A stretch of DNA of 64,000 nt from an uncultured Methanosarcinales archaeon (GTDB lineage Archaea > Nanobdellota > Nanobdellia > Woesearchaeales > JABIAG01). Positions 58,204-64,000 of the stretch are shown in pieces. The stretch is from the NCBI GenBank assembly GCA_964561995.1, contig CAZLQZ010000003.1, positions 5,056 through 69,055 of the forward strand, read 5' to 3'. A model generated the notes under the pieces. That model ran no database searches. It saw only the letters and a program-made list of their open reading frames with translations, and was not told where the DNA came from. The position numbers were made by a program, and so were the translations under genes. The number at the start of each line of letters is the position of its first letter. The stretch's first letter is position 1.

Positions 58204-58414
58204 TTTTTATAGTTATTATATGTTTTACAAACAAATGATTTTTATTCAATGAATAGAGATTAGTAGGTCCTATTTTTCTAACAAAAAGAATTTTATTTTT
58301 AACAAGTAATTTCAACCATTTTACGGCGGTGGCTTTAGCCAAACTTACTTTTTTAATTAACTCAACTTGAGAAAATTCTCCAGAATTATCTAGAAAAAAC
58401 AATACAAGATCCAT
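58193..58414 (-). CDS. Small winged-helix transcriptional regulator
   Basis: 'MDLVLFFLDNSGEFSQVELIKKVSLAKATAVKWLKLLVKNKILFVRKIGPTNLYSLN'. The track's longer ORF begins with TTG at 58451-58453; the ATG at 58412-58414 is the likelier start. Overlaps the downstream 607-aa gene by 11 nt. Confidence 0.5.
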   Translation of the reverse strand: MDLVLFFLDNSGEFSQVELIKKVSLAKATAVKWLKLLVKNKILFVRKIGPTNLYSLNKNHLFVKHIITIKNEK

Positions 58415-58572
58415 AACTTTTTTATTACCTAAAAGTTCAATTGATTGAACCAACCATTACACCCATTTATTCCTTTAAGTTCATTTGAATAAAACAAAAA
58501 CAATAAACAAACAAACCAATTAGTTCAAACAATTGAACCAACAATATTTAAATGTTTCTATTTAAAATTTAT

Positions 58573-59811
58573 TTAAACCCAAATATGTAAAATTGGAGAA
58601 AGTAAAATCAAAAATAAAATTAACCTACCAACATTGGTTGTGATCAAAAAAGACAATCTAAATAACCAAACTAAAATATTTAAAACAAAAGAATTGATAT
58701 TTTTGGGTTTAGTTACTAAATTAAAAGCATTGTACTTGTACCATTTAAAAGAAACTATTTTTCCCTCTTTTTTATAATCTTCATACATTTGTGTACCAGG
58801 AAATGGTGTTAAAACTGAAAATAAACTTAAGTTCAAATTTGCTTTGAAAGTGAAAACGAACAATTCCCATAATGACTTGTAAGTATCTTCATCAAAACCA
58901 AACATGAATGTACCTCGAATTTTTATCTTTCTTTTCTTGATTCGTTTAATTAACTCTAAATAATCAAGATACATGTTTAACTTACCAGGATTATTAGCAA
59001 TTACTTTTTCATTAATAGTTTCAAAACCAACATGTAACCTATAACAACCTGATTTTTTAGCCAAATCAAGTAAACTTTCATCTTTTGCAATATCTATAGA
59101 ACATAATGCTTCCCACCTTATTTTCAAAGGAATTAAAGCTTTAAACAAAGCTCTGGCATAAGAAACATTTGCAAAAATATTATTATCATTAAATAAAAGT
59201 CCATACTTTCTAAAACCTTTAATTGATTTGACTTCTTCAATAACTTTTTCAATAGGGACATGACGAATATTTCCTTCATAAAGTTTAGGAATCATACAGA
59301 ATTTACATTTGAATTTACAACCACGAGTTGTTTGGATTGTATTTTGTTTTTTATTATCACTTAAATTCAAAAAACCTTCATGATAATATTTCCAAAAATC
59401 ATCAACAGCTTCGCCGTAATAAATTTGTTTTAAACAGTCATTTTCATAATCTTCAATAATTTGTTTCCAAATACTTTCAACTTCCCCAATAATTACAGAA
59501 TCACAATATCTTAATGCTTCTTTAACATTAAACATAACGTGACATCCGCCCATAATTACTTTTGCACCTTTCTTTTTAAACTTATTAGCATGTTCATAAG
59601 CACGATACACATTAGAAGTAAAAGAAGTAATTCCAACTAATGCTTTTTCATACTTAACAAAGAAGGGTTGATTATAAACTTTAATTTCATAACCAGGAGT
59701 CATAGATTCCAGTTCAGCAAATACGGGAGGATAACCAAATTTGAAAAACTTTCCAATTAACCCCGAAAGCGTTCCTCCAAAAGCAGGATTAACTAAAATT
59801 AATTTTTTCAT
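58573..59811 (-). CDS. B12-binding-domain radical SAM protein
   Basis: N-terminal Rossmann-like B12-binding domain ('MKKLILVNPAFGG...') then 'TTRGCKFKCKFCMIPKLYEG' (CxxxCxxC). C-terminal hydrophobic tail. Confidence 0.7.
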   Translation of the reverse strand: MKKLILVNPAFGGTLSGLIGKFFKFGYPPVFAELESMTPGYEIKVYNQPFFVKYEKALVGITSFTSNVYRAYEHANKFKKKGAKVIMGGCHVMFNVKEALRYCDSVIIGEVESIWKQIIEDYENDCLKQIYYGEAVDDFWKYYHEGFLNLSDNKKQNTIQTTRGCKFKCKFCMIPKLYEGNIRHVPIEKVIEEVKSIKGFRKYGLLFNDNNIFANVSYARALFKALIPLKIRWEALCSIDIAKDESLLDLAKKSGCYRLHVGFETINEKVIANNPGKLNMYLDYLELIKRIKKRKIKIRGTFMFGFDEDTYKSLWELFVFTFKANLNLSLFSVLTPFPGTQMYEDYKKEGKIVSFKWYKYNAFNLVTKPKNINSFVLNILVWLFRLSFLITTNVGRLILFLILLSPILHIWV

Positions 59812-59833
59812 AAATTATAAAAGATTTAAGGAT

Positions 59834-60238
59834 TTATAAAGTCTTTTTGTTATTAATTAAATCAATTAATGTTTTAATAATATTTTCTATTTTTTCAATG
59901 TTTTGAATGACATAATTGGATTTGATCATAAAACCCTCATAAGAAATTCTATTTCGATAATCTCGCATATCTTGAAGAAAATATTTTATTTGAAGTTCAA
60001 AATTATATTTTTCACAAACATAGTCGATTAATTCTTTATGTGCTCCTTCTCCTTTGATTTTAACTCCCTCTAAAGAAATCAAAGACTCCATCAATTCATG
60101 CAAAACATCATAATAATCTTTAATAGTATTAGTAGGATATTTTTCTAAGTTTGTTTCATTCAATCTTTCAAGAGTAATTTTTGCCATATTTAACAAAGAT
60201 ACTGCCTTTTTCTGATCAACATTAACAAATAATTTCAT
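59834..60238 (-). CDS. HEPN-domain protein (toxin-like partner of the upstream nucleotidyltransferase)
   Basis: 134-aa all-helical protein whose start overlaps the MNT stop by 4 nt. The arrangement is the canonical MNT-HEPN pair. Confidence 0.5.
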   Translation of the reverse strand: MKLFVNVDQKKAVSLLNMAKITLERLNETNLEKYPTNTIKDYYDVLHELMESLISLEGVKIKGEGAHKELIDYVCEKYNFELQIKYFLQDMRDYRNRISYEGFMIKSNYVIQNIEKIENIIKTLIDLINNKKTL

Positions 60239-60783
60239 TTAAAACCTTCCAAGAATCCACTTAAAACAATACCATTAATAATATTGTTTTTTAAATCATT
60301 AGAAAAATCTTTAAAATTAAATTTAAAATGTAATTGTATTTTTCTATTAAGTTTTTTTTCAAATTTTATTAAATTTAATTCTTTTTTTTGACAACAAACA
60401 AATAAATCAATGTCACTATCTTCAATATCTTCGCCCCTTGAATAACTACCAAATAAAACAATTGAACTAGGCATCAAATCATCATTTAAAAAATCAATTA
60501 AACCTATTTCGATTAAAGAATTTATATTTTTTAATTTTTTATATAATTTATATTGATTATTACTTAAATTTGCTTCATATAAAGGAAAAATTCTTTTTCC
60601 CTTTTTTTCAAAAGAAACTTTTATTAAATTATTTTTAACTAATTCATCTAAATGTTTTTTTACAGAAGTGTGCGCAATTTTTATGTTTCTACTTATTTCA
60701 ATAAGATAATGTTTTTTTGTAGGTTCTTTAAAAAAAACATCTAAAACCGACAAAATACTACTTTTTTGTAACATATATGACAA
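60235..60783 (-). CDS. Minimal nucleotidyltransferase (MNT) with an N-terminal winged-helix domain
   Basis: 'SIVLFGSYSRGEDIEDSDIDLFV' (GS...D.D NTase motif). N-terminal wHTH 'LIEISRNIKIAHTSVKKHLDELVKNNLI'. Confidence 0.7.
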   Translation of the reverse strand: MSYMLQKSSILSVLDVFFKEPTKKHYLIEISRNIKIAHTSVKKHLDELVKNNLIKVSFEKKGKRIFPLYEANLSNNQYKLYKKLKNINSLIEIGLIDFLNDDLMPSSIVLFGSYSRGEDIEDSDIDLFVCCQKKELNLIKFEKKLNRKIQLHFKFNFKDFSNDLKNNIINGIVLSGFLEGFK

Positions 60784-60786
60784 TAA

Positions 60787-60817
60787 TGTGACATAAGTTT
60801 ATAAAACTTGTGTTACA
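60787..60817. promoter_or_regulatory. Imperfect 14/3/14 inverted repeat overlapping a TATA-like motif in the MNT/HEPN promoter region; candidate autoregulatory operator
   Basis: 'tgtgacataagttt-ata-aaacttgtgttaca' (12/14 arm matches), immediately upstream of the MNT start at 60783. 'aagtttataa' is repeated at 60837-60846. Confidence 0.4.
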
Positions 60818-61034
60818 AAAAAATAACATATAATACAAGTTTATAACATATAGATAAATGCACAACATTTAAATACCAAAACTCTAGAAGAATAATCATG
60901 ACAATGGTTCACTCTAAATGTAAGATTTGTTTTAATCCAATTAGAGCGAGCTATCTGTTTTGTTAAAGCAACATCAGGAGCTTTAACTGAACAGACAAAT
61001 TCTGAAATGATGTTAAGGCCCTTGGAGGTGAAAA

Positions 61035-61331
61035 ATGCGTTGCACAATATGTGATGAAGGAATCACAAACCCAATATGTATCGAGTGCCTTGGAAAGGAA
61101 ATAGAACAATGGTTAGTTGAAACAAAGCCAGTATTAATTAATGATTTAAAAGAGATTATGGCTTTTTATAATTCAATGGGACCAATATCTAACTGTATCA
61201 TATGTAAACGGGATATGGGTGTTTGCAGACATTGTTTTACTAAAGAAGTATTTAATCTAATTCAGGAAAACAACCCTAAATTAGAAGAAGACTTCTTAAG
61301 ACAATTCAATTATGAATTAATAGGATATTAA
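61035..61331 (+). CDS. Small zinc-ribbon protein, 98 aa
   Basis: 'CTICDEGITNPICIEC' and 'CIICKRDMGVCRHC' (two CxxC...CxxC knuckles). Confidence 0.45.
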   Translation: MRCTICDEGITNPICIECLGKEIEQWLVETKPVLINDLKEIMAFYNSMGPISNCIICKRDMGVCRHCFTKEVFNLIQENNPKLEEDFLRQFNYELIGY

Positions 61332-61332
61332 T

Positions 61333-61707
61333 TTAAATCCTAAAAATTTTATTTTTATATTCTTTTATTGCTTTTTTAAGAGCTTCTTGAGCTAATACAG
61401 AACAATGAACTTTCACTTGTGGAACATCGCCCATCACTTTTAAAACATCTTCACTAGTTATTTTTTCTGCATCCTCAAGAGTTTTTCCTTTAGCAATTTC
61501 ACACAAATAATCTGATGATGCTAATGCTGCAACACAACCAAAAGTTTCAAAAGAAACATCAACAAGAATATTATTTTCAACTTTAATGTAAACTTTCATT
61601 ACATCTCCACATTTCATATTTCCCACTTCTCCAACAGCAGAAGCATTTTCCATTTTACCAGAAAATTTAGGGTTTTTAAAACGGTCCATTACTTTTTCTG
61701 AGTACAT
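61333..61707 (-). CDS. iscU: Fe-S cluster assembly scaffold IscU/NifU-like
   Basis: 'GNMKCGDVMKV', 'FETFGCVAALASSD' and 'HCSVLAQEALKKAI' are the three conserved Cys plus His motifs of IscU. Confidence 0.85.
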   Translation of the reverse strand: MYSEKVMDRFKNPKFSGKMENASAVGEVGNMKCGDVMKVYIKVENNILVDVSFETFGCVAALASSDYLCEIAKGKTLEDAEKITSEDVLKVMGDVPQVKVHCSVLAQEALKKAIKEYKNKIFRI

Positions 61708-61709
61708 TT

Positions 61710-62825
61710 TTATTTTATTGGACTTAAAGTCCTTAACCTCTCAATTATTTCTTTTAATTTTTCAACACAATAATCTATTTCTTCTTTTGTAGTATATTTA
61801 GATAATGTAAATCTTATACTTCCATGAGCAGTCCCATGATTTAATCCAATCGCTAATAAAACGTGAGAAGCATCTAAAGATTTAGAGCTACATGCAGAAC
61901 CAGTAGATACCATTATGCCATCTAAATCTAAACTCATCAAAATACTTTCACCTTCAATTTTTAAAAATGAAAAATTAACATTATTACATAGTCTTTTAGT
62001 TTTTGAACCGTTAAATCTAACATAATCAATTTCTTTCTCAATTTTTTCAATTAAATAATTCCTTAAATTTTTGATTTTTTCAACATCAATTTTTAAACTA
62101 ACTGCTTTACCAAAACCAACAATTCCTGGAACATTTTCAGTACCAGATCTTTTACCAAATTCTTGTCCGCCACCAATTAAAAGAGGTTTTAATTTAACTT
62201 TTTTAGATGCATATAAAGCTCCAACACCCTTTGGACCGTGGATTTTATGCGAAGAAAAACTGGCTAAATCCAATCCAATTTCTTTAACATCAATTTCTTC
62301 TTTTTTAAAAGACTGAACACAATCTGAATGAAATAAAACATCTTTACAAATTTCTCCAATTTCTTTTAAATCTTGAACAGTACCAATTTCATTATTTCCG
62401 TGAATTATAGAAACAAGTTTAGTGTTTTCTTTAATTGAATCTTTTAATTGCTCTAAATCAACAAAACCTTCTTTATCAACCTTCAAAAAAGTAACTTCTA
62501 CACCTTTTTTTTCTAATTCTTTAGATAAAATATGAATAGAGTGGTGCTCTATAATAGTTGTAATGAAATGATCCCCTTTTTCTAATAAATTCAAAACCAA
62601 ATTGTTAGATTCAGTCCCACCAGAGGTAAAAATTATTTCATCAGAAGAACAATTAATTTCGTTTGCAATTAAATCTCTTGCTTCATCAAGTAATTCAGAT
62701 GCTTTTCTTCCATACTGATGTAAAGAAGAAGGATTACCATAATTTTCTAAAAAAACTTTTTGAATTTCTTTAACAACTTGCTCATCAACTTTAGTTGTTG
62801 CCCCATTATCAAGATAAACATACAT
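61710..62825 (-). CDS. iscS: Cysteine desulfurase (class V aminotransferase, IscS/NifS)
   Basis: 'SLHQYGRKA', PLP-Lys motif 'SFSSHKIHGPKGVGALY' and active-site loop 'STGSACSS'. The probable start is 'MYVYLDNGATT' at 62823-62825. Confidence 0.85.
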   Translation of the reverse strand: MYVYLDNGATTKVDEQVVKEIQKVFLENYGNPSSLHQYGRKASELLDEARDLIANEINCSSDEIIFTSGGTESNNLVLNLLEKGDHFITTIIEHHSIHILSKELEKKGVEVTFLKVDKEGFVDLEQLKDSIKENTKLVSIIHGNNEIGTVQDLKEIGEICKDVLFHSDCVQSFKKEEIDVKEIGLDLASFSSHKIHGPKGVGALYASKKVKLKPLLIGGGQEFGKRSGTENVPGIVGFGKAVSLKIDVEKIKNLRNYLIEKIEKEIDYVRFNGSKTKRLCNNVNFSFLKIEGESILMSLDLDGIMVSTGSACSSKSLDASHVLLAIGLNHGTAHGSIRFTLSKYTTKEEIDYCVEKLKEIIERLRTLSPIK

Positions 62826-63159
62826 TTTTACATACCTCACAATCTTCAGGAATAATACTATTTTCAGTATAAATTTTACAAATTTTTCTTTCTGATTTTA
62901 ATTTTTGAATGAGTTTTTGAATTTCAGTTAGATAATTATTACCTTTCATTATATTTTCACAAGTATCTTTAACCAATTCTTTACTTAAAATAAACTGTTT
63001 TCCTCTTTTACCGGACAAGTATTGAGAAACTGCAGATTTGGTTAAATGAAGGATATCCGCAATTTTTTTTTGATTTTCACCTTTTTCAAGCATAAGTTTA
63101 ACTAATTCTCTTCTAATAGCTGGAATTAAATAATATGTTTCAATCTCTTGGCTAATCAC
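62809..63159 (-). CDS. HTH transcriptional regulator with a C-terminal four-Cys cluster, first gene of the isc operon
   Basis: HTH 'QKKIADILHLTKSAVSQYLSGKRG'. C-terminus 'CKIYTENSIIPEDCEVCKNVC' (C-x12-C-x2-C-x3-C). A palindrome lies in its promoter. Confidence 0.55.
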   Translation of the reverse strand: MISQEIETYYLIPAIRRELVKLMLEKGENQKKIADILHLTKSAVSQYLSGKRGKQFILSKELVKDTCENIMKGNNYLTEIQKLIQKLKSERKICKIYTENSIIPEDCEVCKNVCLS

Positions 63160-63163
63160 ATAG

Positions 63164-63184
63164 ATAGTTAACGGCGTTAACTAT
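63164..63184. promoter_or_regulatory. Perfect 21-bp palindrome abutting a TATA-like motif upstream of the isc-operon regulator; candidate operator
   Basis: 'atagttaacg-g-cgttaactat' at 63164-63184, followed by 'ctatataaat'. It lies 5 nt upstream of the regulator's ATG (63157-63159). Confidence 0.5.
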
Positions 63185-63367
63185 ATAAATATTGCTATTT
63201 TCCACATGAAACAAAGGGGTAAAAAAATAACCACCAAGTATAAAATTAGTGAATTTTAAGGGCTCAAGCCCCGTAATTATGCTTTTCCAGTGGAAATGAA
63301 GGGGCACATAGAACTCAAAAAGATAAAGATTTATAAATAAAAGCCTTTATAAATAAGTATACGCTGC

Positions 63368-63377
63368 TTTATAAAAG
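63368..63377 (+). promoter_or_regulatory. TATA box(es) for the TBP gene
   Basis: 'tttataaaag' lies ~20-25 nt upstream of ATG 63393, so the transcript is probably leaderless. Further 'tttataaata' copies sit at 63329-63358. Confidence 0.4.
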
Positions 63378-63392
63378 AGGTACCTAAAAAAA

Positions 63393-63950
63393 ATGGCTAA
63401 AAAAACAAATGAAGGTAAAAAAGAACTTGCTATCGTTAATATTGTTGTATCTACAAGTTTAGAACATGATATACCTTTAGAAAGAATGGCTGCAACATTA
63501 AGCAACACAGAATATAATCCTGAACAATTTCCTGGATTAGTAATTAGAATCAAAGATCCTAAAACTAGTGCTTTAATATTCTCAAGTGGTAAAGTCGTTT
63601 GTACTGGTGCTAGAACAATGGATAAAGTTGCTGAATCCATCAAAAAGATTATCAAAAGTTTAGAAAAGATTAATGTTAAAATCAAAATAGATCCAGTAAT
63701 TACAATTCAAAATATTGTAGCTTCCGGTAGTGTCGGAATGGATTTAAATTTAAATATTCTAGCAATGAAATTAGACAACACAGAATATGAACCAGAACAA
63801 TTCCCTGGATTAGTATATAAACTTCCAGCTGCAAAAGCAACATTCTTATTGTTTAGTAATGGTAAAATTGTTTGTACTGGTACTAAATCAGAAGATGAAG
63901 TTAATAATGCATTAGAATTGTTAATTGGTAAACTTAAAAAAGTAATGTAA
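63393..63950 (+). CDS. tbp: TATA-box-binding protein (archaeal TBP, two direct repeats)
   Basis: Two internal repeats: 'NIVVSTSLEHDIPLERMAATLSNTEYNPEQFPGLVIR...SGKVVCTGAR' and 'NIVASGSVGMDLNLNILAMKLDNTEYEPEQFPGLVYK...NGKIVCTGTK'. Confidence 0.9.
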   Translation: MAKKTNEGKKELAIVNIVVSTSLEHDIPLERMAATLSNTEYNPEQFPGLVIRIKDPKTSALIFSSGKVVCTGARTMDKVAESIKKIIKSLEKINVKIKIDPVITIQNIVASGSVGMDLNLNILAMKLDNTEYEPEQFPGLVYKLPAAKATFLLFSNGKIVCTGTKSEDEVNNALELLIGKLKKVM

Positions 63951-64000
63951 ATTTTTTTTAACTTATATTATGCCAGAAAAATTTTATTTCTGAGCATTTG

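Noticed and set aside
60841-61047. 68-aa ORF between the MNT and the zinc-ribbon gene
   Set aside because: Sits in the divergent promoter region, has no start context, and overlaps the start of 61035..61331.
62071-62316. Plus-strand 81-aa ORF
   Set aside because: Antisense of iscS.
63255-63275. GC hairpin 'gggctcaagccc' in the isc/TBP intergenic region
   Set aside because: Short (4-bp stem) with no flanking T-tract or recognisable RNA motif; likely just part of the divergent promoter spacer.
63347-63685. Minus-strand 112-aa hydrophobic ORF
   Set aside because: Antisense of the highly conserved TBP gene.
1-64000. Searched for CRISPR arrays, rRNA and tRNA genes
   Set aside because: No regularly spaced direct repeats of 25-40 nt, no T-loop (GTTCRA) or acceptor-stem signatures in intergenic gaps, and no long GC-rich structured RNA stretches were seen. 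All gaps over 60 nt look like A/T-rich promoter spacers.

Overview
This is an AT-rich (roughly 30% GC) archaeal window. The archaeal markers are a two-repeat TBP, an RPA with OB-folds plus a Zn ribbon, a RadA-like HhH N-terminus at the left edge, many prepilin-type (class III) N-termini, and GGTGA Shine-Dalgarno motifs. The gene content looks DPANN-like, but that is inference. The window is dominated by a ~35-kb unidirectional minus-strand array. From 37863 down to 3993 it encodes two secreted proteins, then a 5,682-aa giant Cys-rich membrane-anchored protein. The giant protein carries thrombospondin-type-3-like Ca-binding repeats, a C-terminal TM helix and a Pro/Lys-rich 'KLPPL' tail. Downstream of it are ~19 mostly translationally coupled genes whose products all begin with prepilin-like N-termini. 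These include two tandem 99-aa Cys-rich candidate major pilins with their own TATA/SD, an expanded paralogue family, and a 49-aa pilin ORF that the ORF track missed. A ~40-aa six-Cys module ('ETDVDCGG..C..C..DC') is shared between the giant protein's C-terminal region and two of the pilin-like proteins. Flanking the array are two more giant Cys-rich surface proteins (1,390 aa; 1,289 aa with MopE-like CxDGxDNDxDG repeats), an A24 prepilin peptidase and four radical-SAM domains. One radical-SAM gene is a 981-aa fusion of rSAM-SPASM, a HemN-like rSAM and a U32 domain, next to a stand-alone U32-like gene. A second is a SPASM maturase cassette with small ORFs. A third is a B12-binding rSAM. Also present are a HEPN/MNT pair, a small wHTH regulator, and a regulator-iscS-iscU operon whose HTH/4-Cys regulator has a perfect 21-bp palindrome in its promoter. 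No type IV pilus ATPase or platform gene, rRNA, tRNA or CRISPR array is visible in the window.
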